A stretch of 64,000 bases of DNA from Haliotis cracherodii (lineage: Eukaryota), in NCBI RefSeq assembly GCF_022045235.1, contig NW_027266275.1:34782001-34846000 (forward strand), read 5' to 3'. Below the pieces are notes generated by a model that saw only the letters and a list, made by a program, of their open reading frames with translations, had not been told where the DNA came from and ran no database searches. Shown piece by piece: positions 49,681-63,394 of the stretch. Within the stretch, counting starts at the first letter, position 1, and every line of letters starts with the position of its first letter. The position numbers were made by a program, and so were the translations under genes.

Positions 49681-51394
49681 GAATACAGAGATATTAATTT
49701 CTGTTTCCGGTATTAGTAACTGTTTGATATAGCTATATGCGGTTATCTTTGTGTGTGATAGTGTTTCTACTTATGTCATAATGTCACCGACAGGAATCAT
49801 GCTCCAACCCATTATAAAAAAACCTTTAATTATGTTTTAATAACATAGGAATCATTAATCCTTTATAAAATGTAATGAGAGTACTTTATATGTTTTGCAC
49901 TACAACTTCAGGCAGAGTGGACGCATTGAACGGGATAACACCAATGTTCACAATTAGGTGAAAGTGTCACACATCAAATGCCAAGAGCCGACTTCTATTG
50001 TGATGTACAAACAATGATTGACTTTCACCTTGAGCTATATATGTATAATTTATTATTATAGGAATTGATTTTTCGCTGGAAAAAATCGTGCATATTGATA
50101 TTCTAGGATGTTCATTCTTAACCATAAAGGTATATTTGTCATTAGTTTGCTTTGAAAAAAGTTTTCAGATTTAACGTCCATTTCATCGTTTGTAATAAAA
50201 ATAGTTTTATTATATTGAATCGTTTATATGACGATATGCAGAGTGCAAGCCTCACACAGAGTGCTTGGATACGTCAATGTTATGTAGCTATTATGCACTT
50301 GCCACAAACTCTGTTCACTGTGGTATGGAAAATTGTTTCCGCGTCCTACAGTCGTGGCCGTTTGTGCTTATCTGGTGCAAGTTTTATTGTTTTTTAATAA
50401 CCTGAGCAATAAACATGTCGACAGTAGCCGACGTTGCGTACATTATGATAATACACGAGACTGTATTTGAGATGAGTGTAAATGACGACAGAAAACACGC
50501 ATTTACCGTTACTATACGAAACTTCCTTTACACCCCAGTCGCCCTCGTGTCCCGGGGTACGTTTTGACGGACAGCTGTCATGTCACGTTTGACACCAGCC
50601 AATGGCATTTATTGCGGAAATGTTCGTACTTTAAACCCAGTGTCTTATCAAATCGATCATAGTTTAGATTTGATTTTGCCATTCCTCAAGATTATATTTT
50701 CTAACGTTTAAACGTATTCTATATAATTCTGGAAATATGTTCACATACACATTTTTGTACGAGTATATAAAATGATGTAACGTTCATGTATTCATGGTCA
50801 TTTTAAGAAGTGACATAGCAAATTATGATCAGCAATACTGGGATATGACGACGCTATTTTGTCCTTAAGTGACACATCAATATTCATAGATCGAGAATGT
50901 ATGTCTCAGGTTATAAGGTCCACAGGAACCATATTTGGTACGAAACTGTCAATGACTTTAACGAGTGACCGGAAAAAAGGCTATAATAATCTCAGCTTTC
51001 ACCTAGCGATGACATCCGACCACACTGAAAGTGACAACTCATTCTTCCGGACGTTAAGGAAAGCTAGAAGGGACGTATCTCACCGAGTTTTCGACATTCC
51101 ACCAATCAAAGCCACCGTTAAGGGCAAAATGAAATCACGTGATCACACGACCACAATCATTTCCTGAGATTGTACCCACGAGTGGTTCTCTTGTTTCTGA
51201 GTGGGTCTACCATCCACTCAACAGTTGCTACATTCAATCAGGAATTCACATGCAAATGACACTTTAACAATAGTTATTGAGGAACAAAGAAATTCCTTAA
51301 TCTGTTACACAAATAGCGCATTATCCGCGAGAAATATATTGTTATTTTGTAGACGCATATGTAAACATTCATGTCAGCACAGTTGTAAATATAA

Positions 51395-51550
51395 NNNNNN
51401 NNNNNNNNNNNNNNNNNNNNNNNNNNNNNNNNNNNNNNNNNNNNNNNNNNNNNNNNNNNNNNNNNNNNNNNNNNNNNNNNNNNNNNNNNNNNNNNNNNNN
51501 NNNNNNNNNNNNNNNNNNNNNNNNNNNNNNNNNNNNNNNNNNNNNNNNNT
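51395..51550. other. Assembly gap (156 N)
   Basis: N run; a SINE B resumes right after it. Confidence 1.
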
Positions 51551-51668
51551 TCGTCACGTCGAAAACCCGGTTTCGATGCCACACATGAATAGATTTACGA
51601 AGCCCATTTCTGTTGTCGCCTATCATGTTTTGGCTAAAAGAGATGAAAATATCACTTACTCACGTGTA

Positions 51669-51842
51669 CAGTGAAACCCCGTTAATCCGGACGGTACCTT
51701 TCACATAGAATTATTCCTGATTAACAAGTGTCCTGATTAACTGATCATGAATACCTTGTATTGAGTCATTAATGGTATACAAACCTACTCAACAGTAATC
51801 ATCCTGCGTAGTGACAGGGTCCGTATTATCGAGGTTTAAGTA
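51669..51842. mobile_element. pogo/Tigger-like MITE remnant
   Basis: tacagtgaaaccccgttaatccggac...gtccgtattatcgaggttt. Confidence 0.7.
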
Positions 51843-52299
51843 TTCGTCAATTGTGTAGAAGAAATGCTCAACCACAGAATATAGTATCTATTTTATCTAA
51901 ATACTGCATCTGTTATTTCGGGAAATATGATTATTATCATTTTAGACTGAAATCATCTAAAAAGACTATATTACCGAGAGCCATTTCAACAAGAACATAA
52001 GATAATTTTGTTTGTTTCAAAAAGGTTGGGGGTTTTTCAAATTCGTTTTTACTGTGAGATTGTTTTCGGTTCTGTTAACTTTGTCTCTAAAAGGCGTTTA
52101 GTGTGTGAAACAAACGGTTTTTTTTACAAACTAAGTCCTATACACAAATTTTCCCCGAAAGCTCACAACTACCAAATTATGATAGATTGGTGAGACGCAC
52201 GTGTGACAGTTATTACACTTTGAGAAACAGGCTGAATAGACCGCTCAGTCTGGTGATCAATCGGAACCATCACAATAAAGAAACCGTCCGATGCCTCGG

Positions 52300-53060
52300 T
52301 ATAGAAAGTCAGCCACGCTTCCTTTGATATTTGACACATATGCAAATATAGTTACCTAAACGTTTACTTCCGTTATCTATATTTAAATAGGTTCCGTGTC
52401 CATTTTGTCGGTAACCATGGAAACTGATGTCAACAAGTTTGCGGTTTGGAGGTAAGCAGAAGTCTTTTATCCTATGGAGGTAAGATGGGAAAAACAGGTA
52501 GAGCCTCAAAGATCAAAGAGAAACGGACCATCTATCCTCGGGCCAGTAAGATGTTTGAAGTGTCGACTTAACGGAATTATCAAGTTTATTTACTGTTCGC
52601 CAGCAAAAAATAAACTGTGATGATATTCTACAAATTAGAACAATATTCTTTGATCAGTTTGCTTGGCGCGCATCGGCATGTTGCTATGGATCCCGGCCGC
52701 GTCGGGTTTCCCCAAATGCGTCTTGTTAGATCGACGACGACCATCAAAGGGCTCATTTGGTTGAAATTATGACATCGGTTTTTAAACCGTGTTTTTAAGA
52801 ATCGAAGGCAAAGGTGCCTGGTATTTCAAAATAAACATTTATATTTTTTTGGATGTAATTTAGCAATTCTATTGCTAGCTCTCGTGCCGCGCTCGTGCCA
52901 GCTGCGGACTCACGTGCTTTCACTCTCACTTTCCTTGTTTTTACACCGGTTACCTCCCTTTATATGAAGCTCTACGGCACATGGTGGTGAGTTTGGGTGT
53001 GGTTATCCAGGCCGCAGCACAGCCCGATGCACTGAACACGGGGTGAGAAAGCTCGAGACA
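52300..53060. promoter_or_regulatory. Putative cis-regulatory module: 4 TCF/LEF sites, RFX X-box, paired HES sites, CArG/TATA-like element
   Basis: CTTTGAT at 52322, 52512(-), 52648, 52743(-); GTAACCATGGAAAC 52411-52424; CTCGTGCC x2 52881-52899; CCTTTATATG 52957-52966. Confidence 0.45.
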
Positions 53061-54138
53061 CCTGTTTTTGTTTCGATATTGTAGTCGTACCGCTTTGCCT
53101 CTAAAACACAGATGGAGCGGATCTGGCGAAAGCAAAACCAAATGTATGCTCTTTTGTTTCCAATGCACAGGCAATTTGGCGAGGTAGCAAAATATTCCAC
53201 AATAGAATTTTCCAATGTTACTCTTTGTTTTCGTTCTCTTTCTAACTAACGGATAATTTTCTGCGATCTTTATTTTCCTAATGGATAGGAGAAGCATTCT
53301 CCATACATTGCGTAGCAGAAACGGTGCTCGTGGAATCTATGCGATTTGTTTGTTGCATTGCACCCTGAGACACCATCAACGCTATGCCCTTACCTCGTCC
53401 ACATTGTACAACACTGCAAATACCACCCGACGATTTCTATTTACCGTTATTCAAAGAATTGTGAAGCAAGAATACTTTGATTTTCTCCATCTTTATTGTA
53501 CTGAGTTCATTAAAGAATAGGAATGGTGACTTTTTTTTAAGCCTTATATCAATTTGTTATAATACCCAGACTGGACTAATATATACCAAGGGAATGTATG
53601 CAATCAAATGAAGATTTAGTTGTAGTTGATTAATCATAGGGACGCAAGACATGATATCATTAGAAAAATGTATGGCGGAACAATAAATGCAAACGTAATT
53701 AAATAAATTACTGTTAACCCGCGGAAAGAAGATATGACATGTTAAGACGAAGTACTAACTGACGTCTTGCTGGGTCATTTCAAATAATCCTTTCGTAAAT
53801 TTATGACTTGGCATCAACATTATCGTGTGTCGTTGCAGTAGTATAAACTTTAATTAATGACCGGAATTGATTATATTTATACTCATTTAGGGCCCATGAT
53901 GGATTACTATGTGCCCTCATCATGTATAAACGGCATTCTAGTATCGATAGTACTGCGCCACTCTGAACTGCAAGATAATTCTCCCTTTTGTTCTTTGTTT
54001 CAGGAATCACAACATATATGAAAATTATATGGATCAAGAGAAATCTTTGTAAATTTTTACTCGGGAGATGAAATAATAAAAAAATGACTTAATAAAAAAT
54101 ATTTATTTATTTATACGCCACTTCCAGAATTATATATA

Positions 54139-54320
54139 CAATGGAACCTGTCAAAACCGGACTTGTCTTATCGGATGTTTGAGAAGTTAATCCGGATTAG
54201 GGAGACTCAAGTACTCAACAAAGTGGTCTGATTTAGACTGATGATAGTGACGTAGTGAATTTGGTAAGGTATTGACAAAGATTCGGGTGAGTCAGAGTCC
54301 AGTTTTGACAGATTCCACTG
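54139..54320. mobile_element. pogo/Tigger-like MITE
   Basis: caatggaacctgtcaaaaccgga / tccagttttgacagattccactg TIRs. Confidence 0.8.
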
Positions 54321-56140
54321 TCTTAGCAAATAAGTGAACGAAATGTGGAAGATACATCATGAAAAAACAACTTCACTGTGTGAAATCTAAAGCCGAATTA
54401 CGATATAAATGTATGATGCAGGAGTTCTGATCTATATCGACGTCATGTGTTAAACTCGATTTTGTTCTTTGCGAAATGAAATGAGACGTAAAACCTTTGA
54501 CGGGGGGGGGGGCAAATATTTGTACAAGTATTACTTGTCCCCAACTTGATTCAAATAAAAACTGTTTTCTATATTAAAAAATTCCGGCTGGCTACGGCAC
54601 TAATGTTATATTCTGTATTTGCATATACATGTCTGGAAGTCGAAACTGTACTTTATACAGCTTAAACATATCATCGTTCGTCTATGAAATTAGCAGAACA
54701 TCGTGCCGGGAGGTACATCACCCAGGGTGTCATGTACATCACAATGGGGATTCAACGAGTTTCACAAATGTTCTTTTACTGTTAATGTGTTTAGTCTGTG
54801 AGCAAACACTTATACAAATTGTGTGTATCAATCAAATGTTTTTAAACCCCTCTAAAAAAAACATGTTCAAAGATTTTGAAAATATGTTTGATATTTAATG
54901 ACCAAGCTAACCTGGGGCTCCCTTGCACACACAAAAAAATAAATTAAAACGACCGAATCGGGATATAATGTTTAAGCACGGACTAGCAATTGAAATAAGC
55001 ATAAATAGTCTTGCATTTCAGTTCACAACAGTATCAAGTTACTATGACGTAATATATGTGATTAATGTGTCCACGTGTGCTCTCGAAGAAGACGTCAACA
55101 ACTGCAACACTGTCATGCTACACGAAGTTAATGATGCTTTTTACTACACAGTGTTATTTCAGATGAGGAGATATTGAAAACCAACACATAAAGTATAAAA
55201 AACAGCATGCAGGCTACTCATTTTGTCGGGCACTTTTTGTTGTTTTATAAACATCTGAAACGGATTTGAGGCATCTGTTTATATTTAGCGTTATTCAAAC
55301 GCTTCTGTAAAAGATTTATTTATCTATCACTTATTTGGAACATGTTCGATGTATTTAACGTTTTCCTTAGACTAAAATGTCCGTGAAACCTTCATTTTGT
55401 ATATTGGATGAATGGAATGAAAACGAATCAAGTCTGAATATGAATGTTATCGACACGATTTAAAATAAACCCACATTCACACATTACAAACGAAAGCTTA
55501 TCACACACATCATGAACCATGAAACGAAATTATCTAATTAAAGATTATGAAATGTATGAAATTCTCCCCATGCCCATCAGATACAATGAAGCATCAACAT
55601 CGCCACATCTAAAATACTTTATCAAAGATTACAAATAACACAAGTTATTACCAAAGATCACGAAATATTAAACATCGCAACTTTGCGCAAAGCATAAAAA
55701 AATACCAACAAAGACTACCAATAAAACACTAGAAACCTATCATTTGTCCCCAATTTGTATAAAACTGTTTTCTATATTAAAAAAACCATATTCAAATAGA
55801 CGTCGTGGCACTAAAAGCTCTAAATACATGTACCATCAGTGAGACAATCCTCAGATTGGGTCCAGCTACACCATACCACTGTAACTAGAACTTGTAACAT
55901 ATATTACATGCATTACATTCATTACATACAATACATGCCGCACACTACAAATTACCATCATTTACTTGACATTATGACCAACACTAAAATCACCAAATAC
56001 ATGTACCATCATTATCAGGAAATAATGAACGCTCAAACTGGGCTCTGACTACAAAATATTACTGCACATTAGAACTTAAAACGGACCGCTACAACATACA
56101 ATCATCATGCACTAGAAAAGATGACACTTTAATTTATATA

Positions 56141-57530
56141 ATTACAACAGACACTAGGTGTTAAAACAGACACTAGGCATTACAACGGACACTAGGAGTT
56201 AAAACAGACACTAGGCATTACAACGGACACTAGGAGTTAAAACAGACACTAGGCATTACAACGGACACTAGGAGTTAAAACAGACACTAGGCATTACAAC
56301 GGACACTAGGAGTTAAAACAGACACTAGGCATTACAACGGACACTAGGAGTTAAAACAGACACTAGGCATTACAACGGACACTAGGAGTTAAAACAGACA
56401 CTAGGCATTACAACGGACACTAGGAGTTAAAACAGACACTAGCCTCACAACAGATACTAGGAGTTAAAACAGACACTAGGCATTACAACGGACACTAGGA
56501 GTTAAAACAGACACTAGGCATTACAACGGACACTAGGAGTTAAAACAGACACTAGGCATTACAACAGACACTATGAGTTAAAACAGACACTAGGCATTAC
56601 AACGGACACTAGGAGTTAAAACAGACACTAGGCATTACAACAGACACTAGGAGTTAAAACAGACACTAGGCATTACAACAGACACTAGGAGTTAAAACAG
56701 ACACTAGGCATTACAACAGACACTAGGAGTTAAAACAGACACTAGGCATTACAACAGACACTAGGAGTTAAAACAGACACTAGGCATTACAACGGACACT
56801 AGGTGTTAAAACAGACACTAGGCATTACAACAGACACTAGGTGTTAAAACAGACACTAGGCATTACAACGGACACTAGGAGTTAAAACAGACACGATAGG
56901 TGCTACAACATACTCTAGGAGTTAAAACATACACTAGGAGTTAAAACAGACACTAGGCATTACAACGAACACTAGGAGTTAAAACAGACACTAGGCATTA
57001 CAACAGACACTGGGAGTTAAAACAGACACTAGGCATTACAACATACTCTAGGAGTTAAAACATACACTAGGCATTACAACGGACACTAGGAGTTAAAACA
57101 GACACGATAGGTGCTACAACATACTCTAGGAGTTAAAACAAACACTAGGAGTTAAAACAGACACTAGGTGTTTAAACAGACACTAGGAGTTAAAACAGAC
57201 ACGATAGGTGCTACAACATACTCTAGGAGTTAAAACAAACACTAGGAGTTAAAACAAACACTAGGAGTTAAAACAGACACAGGGAGTTAAAACAGACACT
57301 AGGTGTTAAAACAAACACTAGGAGTTAAAACAAACACTAGGAGTTAAAACAGACACAGGGAGTTAAAACAGACACTAGGTGTTAAAACAAACACTAGGAG
57401 TTAAAACAGACACAGGGAGTTAAAACAGACACTAGGTGTTAAAACAAACACTAGGAGTTAAACCAAACAATAGGTGTTACAACTGACACTAAGAGTTACA
57501 ACACACTCTAGGAATTACCACAGACACTAC
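56141..57530. repeat. 19-bp minisatellite with a 38-bp higher-order dimer
   Basis: Alternating ggagttaaaacagacacta / ggcattacaacggacacta. Confidence 0.97.
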
Positions 57531-57762
57531 CGACCACATGCTACAGACTGTCATCACACACAGGCATTATAACCTGGGTCTATGCTAACACTATGGCGCA
57601 TTAAATACACATTTCACATAGATGCAGTCGATACGACAAAAAGAATCAAGAATCCGTAACCAATGTTCCCCTGGGAATAATGGAACATCAGAGTGCTTCT
57701 ACGGAACTGGTACAACAGCCTACAGCCATAGGTCCAGTCGCTGCCACGACAACGGCGACATA

Positions 57763-59352
57763 TACTGAACCACAAAACAAACGTCACCATGGATAGATAT
57801 ATGGGAAAGCTTTCTACATAATGTTTTTTCTGGTCCTCAAAATTCGGCTTATCTGCGGACATATACGTTTTTTGTCCAAACACTGTAAACATACTTGGAG
57901 AAATATTAAAAAGATGAAACTTGGCAAAACTGATCATCAAGGTTGAAATTAAAGTGTCAAATGTTCTTAAAGTGAATCACAACACTAGTCTCTGGGAAAA
58001 TGGCATCACAAGTCAGTATCTCGTGTGTCCGCCAAGTGCATTGATGACTGCCGTGCAACGTCAATACATGGAATGGATGAGGCGGTTGATGAAGGTCATA
58101 GGCACTTGAGGCCACACTCTGAGTAACGCCTGATGCAGTTCAGCTGCAGTTGTCGGCCTTGGTCGGACGTCATTCAGCCGTCTTTGAATCTCGTCCCATG
58201 GATGCTCAATGGGATTTAAATCGGGACTGAGAGCAGACCACTGCATGGTTCTGATGTCATTCTGCTGGAGGAATTTTCTTGTTGCTCTCGCAGTGTGGGC
58301 ACGGGCGTTATCATGCTGAAACTCGTGGTTGCGGCGACGTGCCAAATGAGGTAAGGCGTGTGGTCTCCAAACTTGATCAATGTACCGAGCTGCTGTGACA
58401 CCATTGCCTCTCCCTGGGCCGATGTTCTGGAAGACCACAGGGCCGACCCTCTGTGCCAGACCAATTCCACCCTACACCATGATGCTCGGACCACCCCACG
58501 AGTCTCTCACAACAACACAAGCATCCGAATAACGTTCCCTACGGCGTCGCCAGACTCTCTGCCATCTGTTGTTGAGATACAGTAATGGTTCTCGTCTGAG
58601 GAGAGGACTCTTCTCCACTGCTGGTGGCGCCAATGCTGGTGCTGTTGCCCACTGAAGACGGTCCCGGCGATGACGTGGTGTCAGAATGGGTCCTCGGTGT
58701 GGCCTGTGACAGTGGAGGTGTCTGCTCGTCAATCGTTGACGCACTAATGTCGCTGTTGTGCCCCTTGGTCTGTCGAGCAGTTTCCACAGCAGTAACAAAG
58801 CGATCTTGAAGATGCTATTGCACAATCTGACGATCCTGACGTCTGGTGGTGAACCTTGGTCTTCCACTACGTGGTCGGTCATCTGTAGTGTTGGTGGTCT
58901 GGTACCGTTGCTGGAGCCTGTATATGGTCCTTACGTGGTCTTTAAATGAATTGGCTACTTGCCGGGCGGTTTGTCCAGCTTGCAATCGTCCAAGGGCTTG
59001 GTGTCGCTGATTTCTTGTCAATCTTGGCATGTGGTAGCAATTCAATAACGAATGAATGTTATCCGATCTTGGTGGATTTCTATAGGGCAAGAAATGGTGG
59101 AACGCATGTGCATTTTAATTTGCAAGGAACTCACGTGCATCGTGTTACCATGATGCGTTTGGGTGATGCGTTTGGGCGATCGGTTTTATTGTCAATTACT
59201 TTGGGGGGTTTTATCATCAAATTTCATTTTTCCGGACAAGGTAATGTTAAAGTTTAGAAACTTTGACAAAAATTACCCAGATGATTAAATGACAACTTTT
59301 CATGCAATGTTACTTAGGGTGACGTTTCTTTACGTTTCTTTGCGGTTCAGTA
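57763..59352 (-). mobile_element. Tc1/mariner DNA transposon (DD34E), full length, decayed
   Basis: TIRs tactgaacc(a/g)caaa..aaacgtcacc; TA at left; right TIR carries a small duplication. Confidence 0.93.
58013..59030 (-). pseudogene. Tc1 transposase pseudogene
   Basis: MPRLTRNQRHQALGRLQAG, RPRSGRPR AT-hook, SSDE, FQHDNARAH, SPDLNPIEH (34 aa D-E), GGHTRY; frameshifts and stops. Confidence 0.95.
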
Positions 59353-59674
59353 CACATTGAAACCGTGTCGTGCCAAGAGAATTTCGTTAACTGACATATT
59401 CCCGGATTAACGAATCTTAAATACACAGTAATGTTCTTTGACCTGGATGGACGTCCCCAGCGATATTCGCCCTGAAGTCTGCTTTCCGGATTAATGGAGT
59501 CCGGATGAAGGGAGTTTCACTTTATACATCCTACGAAAGGCACCTGGTTTATAAAAGTTATAAGTCTTATCAGGAACTGAGAACCACGGGAAGGAATATC
59601 CGTTGTCACTAATACGAGGTAAAATATACCCCTTAACGCCGAGCGGCAAGAAGGATAACAACAAGAACCATTGG

Positions 59675-59800
59675 GTCTTTGAAAGGCATTTAGAAGTGAT
59701 ACACATAAGGAAGAGAATTTTTGGATGTCAACTTTTTTATTATGAAGAACGTTATGTTCCTCATAATAAAGAAGTTGACATCCATAAATTCTCTTCCCTA
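59675..59800. mobile_element. Second copy of the 3835-4010 foldback, centre deleted
   Basis: ~45-bp arms joined directly; same left extension tctttgaa..catttag.agtgatacacataagg. Confidence 0.7.
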
Positions 59801-59984
59801 ACAAGAACGTCTTTCAACGTCTTTTGATATGACGCGGCCGACCTTCCGCTCTTCGGGCAGACGCTCTACCACTAGACCACGGAGGCGGTCGACATGAGTA
59901 CATATGTATGGAGTGAAACCTCCGTTATCAGGTACCCGTTATTCCGAAATGCCTTTTGGTGACGTGCTAAAGGACAATACTAAA

Positions 59985-60310
59985 GGACCGGAAGTTCGGT
60001 GGTTCGATCTGGGGATGTGTCATGCCAAAATAGGGGCGGTCGGGTAGCCTAGTGGTTAAAGCGTTCGCTCGTCACGCCGAAGACCCGGGTTCGTTTCCCG
60101 ACATGGGTACAATGTGTGAAGCCCATTTCTGGTGTCCCCCGCCGTGATATTGCTGGAATATTGTTAAAAGCGGCGTAAAACCGGACTCATTCACTCATGC
60201 CAAAATGATTTTAAAAGATGGTACTTGTTGTTACCCTGCCTTGCGCTCTGCATTATGGGCATAAAACAAGGACTGGTCGGCTCGGTGTCAGTATACTGTG
60301 TCTGAGTGGG
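59985..60310 (+). mobile_element. SINE family D interrupted by SINE B
   Basis: D body resumes after the TSD. Confidence 0.88.
60032..60194 (+). mobile_element. SINE family B, nested
   Basis: 12-bp TSD tcatgccaaaat at 60020-60031 and 60195-60206. Confidence 0.95.
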
Positions 60311-60374
60311 GTATACATAAAACACATGCACACACACACAGACACACGCACACACACGCAGGGACACAAACACA

Positions 60375-60524
60375 CATCGATCTACGCAACTGGCATACGA
60401 TGACATGCATCAACCAAGTCAGCGAGCCTGACCACCCGATCCTGTTAGCCGCTTTGTCCACAAACATAGTCTTACGACAAGCATGGGTAGCTGAAGACCT
60501 ATTCCAAACCGGCTCTTCATGGGT
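60375..60524 (-). mobile_element. SINE family A, 5' half
   Basis: Starts ACCCATGAAG on the minus strand. Confidence 0.85.
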
Positions 60525-63394
60525 AGATAACTATGCAATGCTACAGATCACAGTGCAAAATTAAATGAGTCCAGCTTTTATATTATTTTAACACTTGAAG
60601 AAATTGAATGTCTGGAAGCTTGTACACGTGGACACCACCAGCTATCATCACGGAAACTATGAATGGCAGTTTGATATGTGACATGAACTGGAACCCGTAA
60701 CGAAGGTATTCAGACAACCTGTCTCAAGGGACATAACTCCTCTACCAGGTAAATACCAATTTGATTTTTAAAAAGTCATGGCAGTCTTGGAGCCCAACTT
60801 TCTTCTGCTCTAAGGCACCTCTTCTTGAACTTTGAAAGTGTTCAGCATCACATTGATGACTTTCCAGGACATTCTCTTAACTAGTATTTGGATTGGCTTG
60901 TGAAGTGTGTTATTTTCGCACGCTGTATTTATAACAAATATTTTGCCATTTTGTTCTCAGTCGGGAAAACACATTCTTTACAAGTCACAGACAGTTTTTC
61001 GTTTGCCCAACACATCAGCACGAGCAGTTCATGTCATCTCTCACTGGGTTGTAGTGGGTGGCGACACGGCTCGACGCCTCTGTGCACCGAGTGATCTGCC
61101 CCTTGCTTCCCTGCCACATGGTTCTCGCCCACGTGCACGGGGGAAAGAAACGGAGGGGAGGGCGTATTGGGGACACCTTCTTGCCCCTCAACAGCTGGGT
61201 AGACGTCAGCATCCGCTCTCCCCTTCATCGCGTAGAAAATCAGAACCTAGTTTCGGCATGGCTGCGTGAATAAAGACCGATAGAATCACGTCTCTTTGAG
61301 ACGGTGAATCAGACTCCCTAGTCGTACAATCAATGACGTAGGGCCTGGGATGGAGGGAGGGAGCCACCTGCAGATGTAGGGGTCACCCTATGCCCCGGGA
61401 CCCTAGACCGGAACAATTGATCTTGCTATTGATGCTTCAGAATTATCTCCCTTTGAACACCTCTCCACCCAAGAGATACCATAGCGCGTCAAAGGGTTTG
61501 CGGTAGGCGTCATTAGGGACTTCCCCATTTCATAATTACAATATCTGATATTGCATCTGAAATGAAATTGGGAGATATTGTCTAAAACACAATGTGCTCA
61601 TATTCGTAATTCTAGAAATCAAACGGCTAACTCATTGACGAACATGTTGCCTAATTGCGCGCTGTTCCACACGACAGACGTAATTGACGCGGTGACCTTC
61701 AGTCAGTGAGCCAACACCCCAACAAATCTCCGTCCGATGCCTGTCAAATCTGTTCTATTACGCTTTTGCCTTTAAAGAACTGTATCTTCTCTACAAAAGT
61801 TTACGCAGAATGACATATTTTGCCATATAGAACTTTCATCATATTCCGTAATTGCGCATTAATACTGTTTTGATCGCTCATGCAAGAAATCATATTTCCT
61901 GATCGTATTTTCCACTTCTTTGTAACGATTTATCCTTTTTTTTCATCAGAAAATCGAATATTATGTGCGCGGGCTGTATATTTATAATTTAGATACCATG
62001 CAGGTTTTACAGAGTCCTAAATCTACGCCTCTGACCTTTTAGTCTCAATGAATGTTCTAAGTGTAAGATGTGACATGTCTTCTTGGGTCATAAAAGTCCT
62101 TGCAGTCTACCTATTAGATGTTGCTAATTCAGCTTGTAGACTGGTGAAAGACTGTAAGAAGAAGGCAATTATTCGGAAGCAAATTTTGCTATATACTTTG
62201 CTGTTTTGTAAGTGCATCTTTACATTGAAATTATTTTTCTCATCTCATATACACGCTTTTACTATTATATTTACTGAATATAGGACAAAAGCCGCTCCCG
62301 GCATTTCAATGACAGTCACTCAGGCACAAGTGAGATGATTCAACAAATAGTTGCAGACTAAAGAACCTATGAACGTAAAGCAAAGCACTCCATACTCGGC
62401 TTTGTCCTCACTGGCACGGATGGTTCGAGAGTAGGGTCACGTGATGAGTTTAACCCATACTCTCCGCCCCAAGCCCCATCCAATACATAAAACATCAAGT
62501 GGCCATTTATACACACGGGAAGAAAATACTACATGAAAATCGCGTTAGTTGGGCTAGTATTATGTTTTATACATCCCGTGCATTGCTCGGGGCGATATGT
62601 TTTTTACTGAAGAAATCTTATTGATCGTGGCAGATGGAGGGTTGTTTTGTATGGGCCACCCCTCCAAGCTAACACGAGGGCTCGGGCCCGGCATTGAATC
62701 AGGCCCACGTCTAATGGACGCATTCAAGCAGCCTGTGGATGTGTCAGATCATATGCCGTTCAAACCGAGAAATATCGGCAGTTCGAACATGGTCATCAAC
62801 AAACTTTATTCTGTGCTGGGACATTTCATTTTTTCTGATTTACATTTGTCGTTACAGGAAAGAGAGCTGTAGGCTGTCGTGTGTTCAACTGAATGTCATA
62901 ATGAAATTATTCCAACAAACACTGATCCTCTTCAATTATATAGGACCTCGTTTTGATTTTTTATTTCAACATGCCATGTTGAATCAAGAAATTTGATATA
63001 GAATTTAGAGCATCTGCCATAACCTGACAATCATACAGATTGTAGCCAAGTAACCATTGGCCGTTCATGGATGGGGCTTTCTGATGGTCTGGTTTAAAGG
63101 CATCAAACGTCTCTTTATATGTATATATATTACTATACCCTGTATTGCTGTGTTATTTATCTTGATGTTTGATATGTTAAACAGGTAATATCAACCAAGA
63201 CGCTGATCAAACATAGGTGAGCTTGAGTGTTTGAGACTAATCTATTAACTTTCGTTCAATGGAAGTGATAAATCTATTAACGTCCAACCTTAATATGAAT
63301 GTACATGTACACTGTTTTCAAAATATCTGTATGCACCAGTCAATGTCTAAATGAATTGTAAAATTCAGTCACAAAACGTATTTGTTTGATAGAT

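Noticed and set aside
56141-57530. CRISPR-like array
   Set aside because: No unique spacers, no cas genes, eukaryotic context
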